Below, one piece after another: positions 33,715 through 42,507 of a stretch of 64,000 nucleotides of DNA; positions within the stretch are counted from its first letter, which is position 1, and each line of letters begins with the position of its first letter. Both the position numbers and the translations under genes were made by a program. Location of the stretch: NCBI GenBank assembly GCA_017609175.1, contig JAFCEJ010000003.1, positions 149,455-213,454 of the forward strand, read 5' to 3'. This DNA comes from Candidatus Pacearchaeota archaeon (GTDB lineage: Archaea; Nanobdellota; Nanobdellia; Pacearchaeales; GW2011-AR1). The notes beneath the pieces are model-generated. The model did no database searches. It was given only the letters and a program-made list of their open reading frames with translations, and was not told where the DNA came from.

Positions 33715-36003
33715 ATGGAATTTAAAAAAGAGGCGCCGTTGTATTCTTATGAAATTCGGCGAGAGGCTGGCGAGGATGTGATTTACTTTAATTATTTGGG
33801 AGCCCCATTTGTTCCGAGTCTTGCAGACTATCCTCAGGTTATGTCAAGAGTTATCGATGCATTAATTGAAGCACCAAATGTTTCGCGAATTGTTCTGGTC
33901 CAGCAAAAAAATTATAATTATGATTTTGAGGAGACATCTTTTCTTCAGGAGATTGCTCAGCTTTATGTTTATTTGTTGAGACAAGAGAAAATTTTATCAT
34001 ATGAGAAGTTGGCATCAAATAAAAATGAATTTTTTAAACAAAGGTATAATGATCTTTTTTCTTTTCTTCTTTTGTTGAAAGAAGATCCTATTGCGGCTTA
34101 TAGCGAGATAAGAAAAATTTTGATTAATGCAAAAATTCTTCTTGATAAACTCGATGAAGGTTCTAAATCCGAGCAAACTAATTATATTAACTTTCTTGAG
34201 AGGATTTCTAATTTACTGAAAAAAACAAAATTGATTCAGAAAGCTCTTCCTTATTTAGAGGGTTATCAGAAGGGCGATAGGGAAATTTATCACCAATTAT
34301 TTAAGCCAGATATTATTCCTAATTTTACTTTTACGCGATTAGTTTTTGATTTGCCTGATGATGCAGAAATTGTTGACCAATATAAGATTTCTAACAGTGA
34401 TTATGATGAATCTATTGTAACGATTTTGAGAAAAAAAAATGAAGCAAAATTAATCTATCATTTAAATCCTCCTGAAAATTCTTTAAGTGAAGAACATGAT
34501 ATGCTTTTGAATTTAGCACGAGGGGTTTTAATTGAGCATCAACCGAAAGCAGAAGAATTTACAGATACTGAAAGAACTCGGCAGGTTTTTTTTAATATTT
34601 CAAAAGATTTACTGAGGGATTTGGCTGCGAGTAAGAGAATTAATTTAAGTTATTCTGATATCAATAAGTTGGCAACGATTTTAGTTAGACACACTATTGG
34701 TTTTGGCTTGATTGAAGTTTTGCTTCAAGATAAAAAATTACAGGATATTGTTTTGAATGCTCCGATTCCTTTGACAAATATTTTTGTAAGGCACCAGGAT
34801 TATGATGAGTGTGCTACGAATATCTTACCCAGTCAGGAAGATGTTGATTCTTGGGCTGCGAAATTTAGAATGATTTCTGGACGGCCATTGGATGAGGCAA
34901 ATCCTATTTTAGATACACAATTGGTTCTTGGGGATATTACTGCGAGAATTGCAATTATCCAACGGCCACTTTCTCCGCAAGGTCTTGCATATGCAATTAG
35001 AAGACATAGAGAAAATCCATGGACTCTTCCCTTATTTGTTCAGAATAAAATGCTTAATCCATTAGCTGCAGGTTTGCTTAGTTTTTTAATTGACGGTTCA
35101 CGGACAATGTTGATTGCAGGGACAAGAAGTTCTGGTAAAACTTCTTTGCTTGGGAGTTTAATGCAGGAAATTATCCCACGTTATAGGGTAATTGTTATTG
35201 AAGATACTCTAGAACTGCCTGTGGAGTCTTTGAGAAAATTAAAATATGATGTTTTAAGAATGAAAGTTCGTTCTGCTTTGTTAAAGACAACAACAGAAGT
35301 CAGTGCTGACGAGGGGATTCGAGTTTCATTGAGGCTTGGAGATAGTAGTTTAATTATTGGTGAAATCAGGAGTATTGAAGCAAAAGCCCTTTATGAAGCA
35401 ATGCGTGTTGGTGCTTTGGCAAATGTTGTTGCAGGAACGATTCATGGTGCTTCTCCTTATGCTGTTTTTGATAGGGTTGTTAATGATTTGGGAGTTCCTG
35501 TTACGAGTTTTAAGGCTACTGATATTATAGGGGTTTGTAATCCTATTAAAACACCTGATGGTTTGCATTCTTTGAAGAGATTTGTCAGACTTTCTGAAGT
35601 CAGGAAACATTGGACAAAAGATCCTTTACAAGAAAAAGGTTTTATTGATTTAATGAGATATGATGTTGAAAAAGATGAATTGGTGCCTACAGAGGATTTG
35701 ATTAATGGCGAAAGCGAAATTATAAAAAATATTGCAGCGAATGTGAGGGGGTGGGCAGGTAATTGGGATGCGGTTTGGGATAATATTCAATTAAGAGCAA
35801 AAATAAAAAAAGAGATTGTTGATGTAGCAGAAAAAATGAAAATGCCTGAACTTTTAGAAGCTGATTTTAATGTTTTGTCTAATAATGCTTTTCATGAAAT
35901 TTCTGATAAAATTACAAAAGAGATTGGTTTGCCAGTAAGCGAAAGAGTTTTTCCAGAATGGCAGAAATGGTTGACGGAAAAAATAAAAGGCAAATCTTTT
36001 TAG
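33715..36003 (+). CDS. Type II/IV secretion-family ATPase (FlaI/PilB/VirB11-like) with a long N-terminal extension
   Basis: Walker A IAGTRSSGKTS, Walker B VIVIEDTLEL, then IIGEIRS and GTIHGAS (Asp/His-box-like). 762 aa. Confidence 0.85.
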   Translation: MEFKKEAPLYSYEIRREAGEDVIYFNYLGAPFVPSLADYPQVMSRVIDALIEAPNVSRIVLVQQKNYNYDFEETSFLQEIAQLYVYLLRQEKILSYEKLASNKNEFFKQRYNDLFSFLLLLKEDPIAAYSEIRKILINAKILLDKLDEGSKSEQTNYINFLERISNLLKKTKLIQKALPYLEGYQKGDREIYHQLFKPDIIPNFTFTRLVFDLPDDAEIVDQYKISNSDYDESIVTILRKKNEAKLIYHLNPPENSLSEEHDMLLNLARGVLIEHQPKAEEFTDTERTRQVFFNISKDLLRDLAASKRINLSYSDINKLATILVRHTIGFGLIEVLLQDKKLQDIVLNAPIPLTNIFVRHQDYDECATNILPSQEDVDSWAAKFRMISGRPLDEANPILDTQLVLGDITARIAIIQRPLSPQGLAYAIRRHRENPWTLPLFVQNKMLNPLAAGLLSFLIDGSRTMLIAGTRSSGKTSLLGSLMQEIIPRYRVIVIEDTLELPVESLRKLKYDVLRMKVRSALLKTTTEVSADEGIRVSLRLGDSSLIIGEIRSIEAKALYEAMRVGALANVVAGTIHGASPYAVFDRVVNDLGVPVTSFKATDIIGVCNPIKTPDGLHSLKRFVRLSEVRKHWTKDPLQEKGFIDLMRYDVEKDELVPTEDLINGESEIIKNIAANVRGWAGNWDAVWDNIQLRAKIKKEIVDVAEKMKMPELLEADFNVLSNNAFHEISDKITKEIGLPVSERVFPEWQKWLTEKIKGKSF

Positions 36004-36075
36004 TAATTTTAGTTAGTATTATAATCCGACATATTTATTAATCATATTTCTTTTTTAGTATGGGTAGTAAAAAAG

Positions 36076-38220
36076 ATGGTGGATGTAGAAGATATTTTTA
36101 GAAAATATGGTGCGAAAATTGAGAAACAGATTCAGACTTCTAAAATTCAGAATGTTAATTATAGTCGAGAGTATTTGACTTTTAAACAAGAGATGGCGAC
36201 CGATTTTAACAGATATGAGAAATGGTGCCATAGTTTAGGAAAACTTATCAAACTTAAGCTTAGTCCAAAAGATGAATTTAAAATTAAAGAAGAATTAGAA
36301 ATTGCGCATTTAGATGTAGAACCTTGGCAGGCACTTGGCCTCGCAGTTATGAGTTTTTTGGCAGTATTTTTTATTGGTTTGCTGATTTCAGTTGCAACTA
36401 TTTTAATTAATGGGGGGGATTTGATGAGTTTTCCTGTTTTATTTTTTGCTTTGATGACTATGTTTTCAATTTTTTTATTTTATTTTGTAAAATCATATCC
36501 TGCGCGACTTGCGAATAAATGGAGATTGAAAGCATCATCTCAAATGGTTCCTGCAATTTTGTATATTGTTGTTTATATGAGGCATACACCTAATTTAGAA
36601 AAAGCGATAGCATTTGCTTCAGAGCATTTAGAATATCCTTTAGCACTTGATTTTAAGAAAGTTTTTTACAACGTTCAAATCGGAAAATTTTCATCAATTA
36701 AGGAAAGTTTGGATAATTATTTGGAGACTTGGAGGGATTATAACATTGAATTTATTGAGGGATTTCATTTGATTGAGAGCAGTTTGTTTGAGCCAGATAA
36801 TTCACGTAGGATTCAAATTTTAGAGAAAGCATTGCGGGTTGTTCTTGATGGGGTTTATGATAAGATGTTGAAATTCACTCATAATGTTCGGAGCCCTTTG
36901 ACAAATGTTTATATGCTTGGAGTTGTTTTACCTACCCTTGGTTTGGCTCTTTTACCTCTTGTTTCTGCAATGATTGGGGAATATGTTAAATGGTATCATG
37001 TTTTTATCTTGTTTAATCTTATCGTTCCGTTTTTTGTTTTTTATTTGACTGATAAGATTATGATGAAGCGACCGGGAGGTTATGGGGAGACTGAGCTTTT
37101 AGAAAAAAATCCTTTTTATTCAAAATATAGGAGCAAAAAACCTTATTTGATTGCAGGTTTAATTTGTTTTCCTTTAATTTTAATTGGTTTGTTGCCTTTG
37201 TTTTCTTTATATTTTGGGTTTCCACAGGATTTTACTTTAAATGTTTTTGGGGGAGTTTTTGAAGGAGGATTTTTTGATTTTAAGAATGCTGGAAATGAAT
37301 TCCAACCGCAACTTGTTGGGCCTTTTGGGGTGGGAGCATTGCTTTTAAGTTTATTAATTCCTCTTGGGATTGCATTGTTTTTTTCAATTGCTTATAAATA
37401 TAAAACTAAGGAGATAATTATTCATAGGAAAAATACAAAACAACTTGAGAGAGAGTTTAATTCTTCTTTATTTCAATTAGGGAATAGGTTAGGTAATGGT
37501 GTTCCCCCTGAACTTGCTTTTGGCAGGGTTGCAGAATCTTCTAAAGGTTTAATGACTGCTGATTTTTTTGCGAGAGTTAATTATAATATTCATCGAAGCG
37601 GTATGAGTGTTGAGAAAGCGATTTTTGATAAATCACGTGGAGCAATTATTTATTATCCTTCACAATTAATTGCTACAAGTATGAAAATACTTATTGAATC
37701 TTCTAAAAAAGGTTTGAAAATTGCAGCAATAAGTTTAATGAGTATTTCAGAATATATGAAAAATATAGAGAAGATTAATATGAGATTGAAAGATATGCTT
37801 GCAGAGGTTATTTCTGATATGAAAAGTAATATGACTTTTTTGGCACCATTGCTCTCAGGAGTTGTTGTTGGTTTAGCTGCGATGATTGTTGCAATCTTGA
37901 ATAAATTGGAATTAGGTAAACTTACGCAGGTTGGAGTGAGTGGAGTGGGAAACATTGATAAAATTTTGAATATTTTTACATTAACAAAAATGATTCCCCC
38001 TTATTTTTTACAAATTTCAGTTGGCATTTATATCATTCAGGTTATTTTTATTTTAACAGGGACATTAGTTGCGATTGATGCTGGTGAAGATAAATTAGAA
38101 AAGACAAATAAAACTGGAAAAAATTTAGCAAGAGGGATTTTACTTTACACAATTGTTGCATTAGTTACTATTGTTGCTTTATCTGCTTTGACATCATTAG
38201 TTTTGGGTAATTTGGGATAA
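36076..38220 (+). CDS. Large polytopic membrane protein, candidate pilus platform (PilC/FlaJ-like by position)
   Basis: 714 aa with about 9 or more TMs separated by cytoplasmic helical domains. Lies immediately downstream of the ATPase. The family is not recognisable by eye. Confidence 0.5.
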   Translation: MVDVEDIFRKYGAKIEKQIQTSKIQNVNYSREYLTFKQEMATDFNRYEKWCHSLGKLIKLKLSPKDEFKIKEELEIAHLDVEPWQALGLAVMSFLAVFFIGLLISVATILINGGDLMSFPVLFFALMTMFSIFLFYFVKSYPARLANKWRLKASSQMVPAILYIVVYMRHTPNLEKAIAFASEHLEYPLALDFKKVFYNVQIGKFSSIKESLDNYLETWRDYNIEFIEGFHLIESSLFEPDNSRRIQILEKALRVVLDGVYDKMLKFTHNVRSPLTNVYMLGVVLPTLGLALLPLVSAMIGEYVKWYHVFILFNLIVPFFVFYLTDKIMMKRPGGYGETELLEKNPFYSKYRSKKPYLIAGLICFPLILIGLLPLFSLYFGFPQDFTLNVFGGVFEGGFFDFKNAGNEFQPQLVGPFGVGALLLSLLIPLGIALFFSIAYKYKTKEIIIHRKNTKQLEREFNSSLFQLGNRLGNGVPPELAFGRVAESSKGLMTADFFARVNYNIHRSGMSVEKAIFDKSRGAIIYYPSQLIATSMKILIESSKKGLKIAAISLMSISEYMKNIEKINMRLKDMLAEVISDMKSNMTFLAPLLSGVVVGLAAMIVAILNKLELGKLTQVGVSGVGNIDKILNIFTLTKMIPPYFLQISVGIYIIQVIFILTGTLVAIDAGEDKLEKTNKTGKNLARGILLYTIVALVTIVALSALTSLVLGNLG

Positions 38221-38240
38221 TCCTCCTCCTAAAAAATAAT

Positions 38241-38256
38241 CGATATATTTATAAAA
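38241..38256 (+). promoter_or_regulatory. TATA-like element CGATATATTTATAAAA
   Basis: Lies 15-20 nt upstream of the 38271/38277 start. Same ATATTTA(T/A)AA core as the other promoters in this window. Confidence 0.4.
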
Positions 38257-38270
38257 TCAAAAGTGTTAGA

Positions 38271-38477
38271 TTGAATATGGTTGGAAAGACTCAAAGAAAA
38301 GTTAGAAATTATTTGTGGGGAATTAATTCTACCGGTTATCTTGTTTTTGGTGGAATATTTGTTCTTTTTTCTGCATATCTTTTTGTTTTTAGGAGAATTT
38401 TATTTGATGAAACTGGTTTGATTCTTTTGATTGCTGGATTAGTTATGATACTTGTTGGTTATTGGATGAGAAGGTAG
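38271..38477 (+). CDS. Small two-TM membrane protein (hypothetical)
   Basis: 68 aa. TTG start at 38271, or ATG at 38277. Confidence 0.4.
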   Translation: MNMVGKTQRKVRNYLWGINSTGYLVFGGIFVLFSAYLFVFRRILFDETGLILLIAGLVMILVGYWMRR

Positions 38478-38526
38478 TGATTAGTTTTTTAGCAAGATTT
38501 ATAATTCCATTTCTCTATTTCTTTTT

Positions 38527-38676
38527 ATGGATAAAAGAGGTATTGTTGCAGATTATCTTCCGTGGATTTTGATTGCAATCGCAGTTTTAGTTATATTAAC
38601 AATTACAATTTTTATTTTGCGGGAGAAAGGAATTTCTGCTATTGATTCAATTAAAAATTTGTTTAGGGGAAAATGA
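38527..38676 (+). CDS. 49-aa pilin-like peptide with class III signal motif (not in the ORF track)
   Basis: My translation is MDKRGIVADYLPWILIAIAVLVILTITIFILREKGISAIDSIKNLFRGK*. It has KRG followed by a ~20-residue hydrophobic helix. Confidence 0.4.
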   Translation: MDKRGIVADYLPWILIAIAVLVILTITIFILREKGISAIDSIKNLFRGK

Positions 38677-38787
38677 TTTCAAAATCAGGCCACGCCTACG
38701 CGTGTCATACAAACAGGATTTTGAAAATACAGAAAATTTTTAATTTTCTGTCTCTTAAATTTCCAAGAGGTTTGAGGGAAATTCAAG

Positions 38788-38958
38788 ATGAGTGAGTTGA
38801 CTATTGGACAATTGATAAAGATTATTTTAGGCGCTTTAGTAGTTGTTGCTGTAATTACTGGGTTGTATTTTGCTTTTAAGAATAATATAATTGATTTTTT
38901 TGAGAATCTGCCTGGAGGGGATGAAACACCGAAGGTTGTTTTGAGTTTATTAAAATGA
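38788..38958 (+). CDS. 56-aa single-TM peptide, LIK...TGLYF family (not in the ORF track)
   Basis: MSELTIGQLIKIILGALVVVAVITGLYFAFKNNIIDFFENLPGGDETPKVVLSLLK*. Its stop overlaps the next ATG (ATGA). Confidence 0.4.
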   Translation: MSELTIGQLIKIILGALVVVAVITGLYFAFKNNIIDFFENLPGGDETPKVVLSLLK

Positions 38959-39353
38959 TTAAGAATAAAAGTGGTTTTTTATTGGGCGAAGAAACTTTGA
39001 AAATTGTGATTGCTGTAATTAGTATAGGGTTTTTAGTTTATTTTTTAGGGGCGTTATATTATAGTGGTTTTGGGAATAAAGATGCAAAGCTTGCAAAAGC
39101 TTCTTTAGAGCATTTAGTTAAAGGGATAAATTCTGGATTAAATGAAATTGAAATTTATAATCCTGAAGATTGGATTATAATGAATTTTCCTCAGGACGAA
39201 AATTATATCTGTATTTGCGAAAAACCAAATGAATGCAATCTTGAAGAAAATTGTATGAAACCTAAAAAACAAAAAATAATCATTGGCGGAATTAAAATAA
39301 AAGATCCTCCTGTTGTTTTAGAAATAGAGGATAATTTAATTAAACAAAAATGA
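38955..39353 (+). CDS. Pilin-like protein (class III signal peptide)
   Basis: MIKNKSG/FLLGEETLKIVIAVISIGFLVYFL has a G-F-x-x-x-E arrangement followed by a hydrophobic helix. Confidence 0.5.
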   Translation: MIKNKSGFLLGEETLKIVIAVISIGFLVYFLGALYYSGFGNKDAKLAKASLEHLVKGINSGLNEIEIYNPEDWIIMNFPQDENYICICEKPNECNLEENCMKPKKQKIIIGGIKIKDPPVVLEIEDNLIKQK

Positions 39354-39451
39354 ATTTAGACAACCTCATAAAATATATAATCTGGGTTGTATTTTTTGGA
39401 GTGGCATTGACCGGATTATATTTTTTACTAAAAAAGGTTGGAGTGATGTGA
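39350..39451 (+). CDS. 33-aa single-TM peptide, LIK...TGLYF family (not in the ORF track)
   Basis: MNLDNLIKYIIWVVFFGVALTGLYFLLKKVGVM*. Its ATG overlaps the previous stop, and the next gene starts 1 nt after its stop. Confidence 0.35.
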   Translation: MNLDNLIKYIIWVVFFGVALTGLYFLLKKVGVM

Positions 39452-39452
39452 A

Positions 39453-40067
39453 ATGAAATTTGATTTGAATAAAAAAGGTGAACTTACAACACAACAGCTA
39501 GTTGTAATTATAATTTTAATAATCAGTTTTGTTGTAATTTTGTTTTTGTTATGGCGGCTGAATTTAGGAGAAACAACAAATAAAGAGATTTGTCATAATT
39601 CTGTTGTTATGGCTGGAAAAAAGAAAGGGGTTTTGAGTTCTTTGGATTGTAGGACTACTTATGTTTGTATTTCAGGAGGAGAACCTTGTAATGAATTTAA
39701 TCCTACAACAACCATTGAAATTAATTTAAATGATAAAAATGCAGAAACAGAGATTCTTGAAGCAATTCAAAAAGAAATTGATGATTGTTGGTGGATGTTT
39801 GGAGAAGGAAAGATAGATTATGTTTCTGGTCTTTCAGGATATTATTGTGCTATTTGCTCTATGATTAAATTTGATGAAAAGATTCAAAATAAATTTCCTA
39901 CTTTAAATTTTAACGACCAGGTGATTTTAACAAATGAGAAATATTCTGTTATTACGGGAATGAATGATAATGTTATTGGGTCAGATAAATATATTAATGC
40001 TCAAATTATTAAATCAGATGAAATAGATTCCAAAATTAAATGCGATAAATTTATTTCAAAAGCGTAA
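39453..40067 (+). CDS. Pilin-like protein with Cys-rich globular domain
   Basis: MKFDLNKKG/ELTTQQLVVIIILIISFVVILFLL, then eight Cys residues. Confidence 0.55.
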   Translation: MKFDLNKKGELTTQQLVVIIILIISFVVILFLLWRLNLGETTNKEICHNSVVMAGKKKGVLSSLDCRTTYVCISGGEPCNEFNPTTTIEINLNDKNAETEILEAIQKEIDDCWWMFGEGKIDYVSGLSGYYCAICSMIKFDEKIQNKFPTLNFNDQVILTNEKYSVITGMNDNVIGSDKYINAQIIKSDEIDSKIKCDKFISKA

Positions 40068-40068
40068 A

Positions 40069-40332
40069 ATGATTAGAAAGAAATTTCAATTTAATATGAT
40101 TTTGTCTATTTTGGCAGTTCTTTTTTTGATTACTTTCTTTTCAGTATGGGTTGGTTTTATAGAAGGAATTACAGATAGTAGTGGAAATCTCATTAAATTA
40201 ACCTTTTCTCTTAAAATTATTTTTAGTATAGTTCTTGTAATTTTATTTTATGTTATTTACTGGTTTTATAGTTCTAAAAAGAAGTCGGATACTAATCTGG
40301 ATACTAAAATAATAGAAACAAAAAAATATTGA
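40069..40332 (+). CDS. Small two-TM membrane protein (hypothetical)
   Basis: 87 aa with two hydrophobic helices. Confidence 0.4.
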   Translation: MIRKKFQFNMILSILAVLFLITFFSVWVGFIEGITDSSGNLIKLTFSLKIIFSIVLVILFYVIYWFYSSKKKSDTNLDTKIIETKKY

Positions 40333-40374
40333 TTTGTTACAAAAGTTTATTAATTCTTTTTCTTTTTTTTATTT

Positions 40375-40779
40375 ATGAGAAAGAGGTTTAAGAAAGCAAA
40401 CATTTTGACAGAAAATGTCATTTTTATTATTTTGAATTTGGTTTTTTTGAGTATTTTGCTTTTATTTGTTTTTTCAAAAGCAGGAGGTGCTGCTGTGTTA
40501 GAAGAAAAATATGCAAAACAGATAGCATTAATTATTGATTCTGCAAAACCAGAGATGAAAATTGTTTTAGATATGGAAGATGCTCTCGGAAAAAGAGATA
40601 AAAATTGGGATGTGAAGAATATTGTTACAATTGATAATAATATTGTGACTGTAAAACTTAGAGAAAAAGGGGGTTATTCATATTCTTTTTTTAATAATGT
40701 TGAAGTAATTGATTATTTTGATAAAGAAGGAGGCAAATATGTTTTTACTATAAAAAAATATTGTGGGGAAAATGAATAA
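40375..40779 (+). CDS. Pilin-like protein (class III signal peptide)
   Basis: MRKRFKKA/NILTENVIFIILNLVFLSILLLFVF, with Glu at +5 after the putative cleavage site. Confidence 0.5.
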   Translation: MRKRFKKANILTENVIFIILNLVFLSILLLFVFSKAGGAAVLEEKYAKQIALIIDSAKPEMKIVLDMEDALGKRDKNWDVKNIVTIDNNIVTVKLREKGGYSYSFFNNVEVIDYFDKEGGKYVFTIKKYCGENE

Positions 40780-41194
40780 TTGGAATAAAAGAGGAGAAAA
40801 ATATCTGTCTGTATATTGGTTTGCTATATTAGTTATCGTAGCTGTTGGAATCTCAGCAATGGTTATAATCTTTTATGGGAAGCCTTACGATGTTAGAGAA
40901 ATAGAAGCGGGAATATTAATAAATAAGATTGTTGATTGTTTATCTAATGCCGACGGAACGTTGAATGCTGAAATTAATAATGAGAATTTCTTAAATAAAT
41001 GCCATTTAGTTTTGGGGGATGAATATTATCTTGAGATTGATCCTTTTGGGATTAAACAGGGAAATTTTAATCTGAAAGATTATTGTGGAAAAGGGGAGTC
41101 TGTTGTTTGTGTTAAACGGAATGTTTATCTTTTGGATGAAGAGAATCGTGAAGTTATAATTAAAATTTTGTCTGTTGTTGGAAAAGATGCTTAA
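40763..41194 (+). CDS. Pilin-like protein (class III signal peptide)
   Basis: The likely start is MNNWNKRG/EKYLSVYWFAILVIVAVGISAMVIIF (ATG about 40772). Confidence 0.55.
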   Translation: MGKMNNWNKRGEKYLSVYWFAILVIVAVGISAMVIIFYGKPYDVREIEAGILINKIVDCLSNADGTLNAEINNENFLNKCHLVLGDEYYLEIDPFGIKQGNFNLKDYCGKGESVVCVKRNVYLLDEENREVIIKILSVVGKDA

Positions 41195-41669
41195 TACGAC
41201 TATTCAAAATAGGAAAGGGCAAATTGCACAAACAATGAATTGGGTAGTTGCGACGATAATTATAGTTATTGTATTGACGATTTCGTTTTTTGTTGTAACA
41301 AAAGGAGAAACTGGGCAATGGATATTGCCAGATAAACAAAAAGATTTTGTTGCGACAAAATCAATTGTGAATTTTGTTGATATTAATTCTAATTTGATTG
41401 AAGATTCAATAGTTAGCGGAAATTATTCTGATTTTGATAAAAAATTTAATCCTTTTTTATGGAATCTTTCTGTTGTTGCTTGTGATAATATTTGTCGTTA
41501 TAGGGGTGCTTGGAATTTACGTTTTGAAGGAAAAGTTTTTGCAGAACATGATATTATTCTTTATAGTCTTGGGGATAAAGACCTCTATTATGTAGATTTT
41601 ATTTTTCCAATTAAAGATAAACAAATAAAATTAAAATTTTGGGAGGCTTCCGGATGGATAAACTTATAA
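41175..41669 (+). CDS. Pilin-like protein (class III signal peptide)
   Basis: MLNTTIQNRKG/QIAQTMNWVVATIIIVIVLTISFFVV (ATG about 41187). Confidence 0.55.
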   Translation: MLEKMLNTTIQNRKGQIAQTMNWVVATIIIVIVLTISFFVVTKGETGQWILPDKQKDFVATKSIVNFVDINSNLIEDSIVSGNYSDFDKKFNPFLWNLSVVACDNICRYRGAWNLRFEGKVFAEHDIILYSLGDKDLYYVDFIFPIKDKQIKLKFWEASGWINL

Positions 41670-41989
41670 GAAATCGGCGGGGAGATATTCCGATAACGAT
41701 TTTAGTAATCGGAGTTGTGGCGCTTTGTATTTTGACAATTTTTAGTTTTATGTATTCGGATAATAAGAAAAAAGAAAGTTTTGTTGGGCCGGGTTTGATT
41801 GAAACTGCTTATGCTATTCAAGAAGAGCTTAGGTTTGGCAAGGGAGAGAATTTAAATCCTTTTGAAAAAGATGGCGTGAAAATTATTTTTGCAGAAGGCA
41901 AAATAAATGCTGAATACATTTCTGAGAAAGGAATTTTAAATAAAGAACAAAAGACTTTAATTTTAATTGAATATTTGCCTATTAAATAA
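41639..41989 (+). CDS. Pilin-like protein (class III signal peptide)
   Basis: MDKLIRNRRG/DIPITILVIGVVALCILTIFSF (ATG about 41654). Confidence 0.55.
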   Translation: MGGFRMDKLIRNRRGDIPITILVIGVVALCILTIFSFMYSDNKKKESFVGPGLIETAYAIQEELRFGKGENLNPFEKDGVKIIFAEGKINAEYISEKGILNKEQKTLILIEYLPIK

Positions 41990-42002
41990 AAACATTTAAA
42001 AA
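41989..42002 (+). promoter_or_regulatory. TATA-like element AAAACATTTAAAAA
   Basis: Ends 21 nt upstream of ATG 42024. This is the only pilin-like gene in the string with its own promoter-like box. Confidence 0.45.
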
Positions 42003-42023
42003 TGAAATTATCTTTTTGTTAAT

Positions 42024-42353
42024 ATGAATAAAAGAGGGCAAGGATTAAGTACTAATACAATAATTCTTCTTATTTTGGGAATTGTAATTTTAGTTGTGCT
42101 TGTTTTAGGATTTACAATTGGTTGGGATAAATTAGCGCCGTGGATTTCAAAGGACAATGTTCAAACTATTGTAACCCAGTGTGAAACTGCATGTAAAACC
42201 GGTGACCAGTATGGCTTTTGTGTGAAGAATAGAACATTAAAAGCAGAAGAGTTAGAGAATGGAGAAGTTACTGGAACTTGTCATGAATTTTCAAACGACT
42301 ATCCTAGTTTTGGTATTGCAGATTGCCCATCACTTAATTGCGAAGGACAATAA
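42024..42353 (+). CDS. Pilin-like protein, candidate major pilin
   Basis: MNKRGQG/LSTNTIILLILGIVILVVLVLGF. Six Cys in the globular part. Has its own promoter-like element. Confidence 0.6.
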   Translation: MNKRGQGLSTNTIILLILGIVILVVLVLGFTIGWDKLAPWISKDNVQTIVTQCETACKTGDQYGFCVKNRTLKAEELENGEVTGTCHEFSNDYPSFGIADCPSLNCEGQ

Positions 42354-42367
42354 TTTAGTTCTTTAAA

Positions 42368-42481
42368 ATGGATTATGGATTTCCCCAAAAGAGAAAGAAA
42401 AGGAAAGATAAGAAAAAAGAAAAGAAAAAATATCCTTACAAGAAGGGCGGAAGAAACAGGACTTCTACAAAAGTAAAGTAA
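42368..42481 (+). CDS. 37-aa extremely basic peptide (speculative ORF, not in track)
   Basis: MDYGFPQKRKKRKDKKKEKKKYPYKKGGRNRTSTKVK*. It could also be a chance ORF in A-rich DNA. Confidence 0.2.
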   Translation: MDYGFPQKRKKRKDKKKEKKKYPYKKGGRNRTSTKVK

Positions 42482-42507
42482 TTAAATTCATTTTTATTTT
42501 TTAGTTT

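Noticed and set aside
36060-36075. Alternative ATG at 36060 for the 714-aa membrane protein
   Set aside because: It is in a different reading frame from the long ORF and terminates after a few codons.
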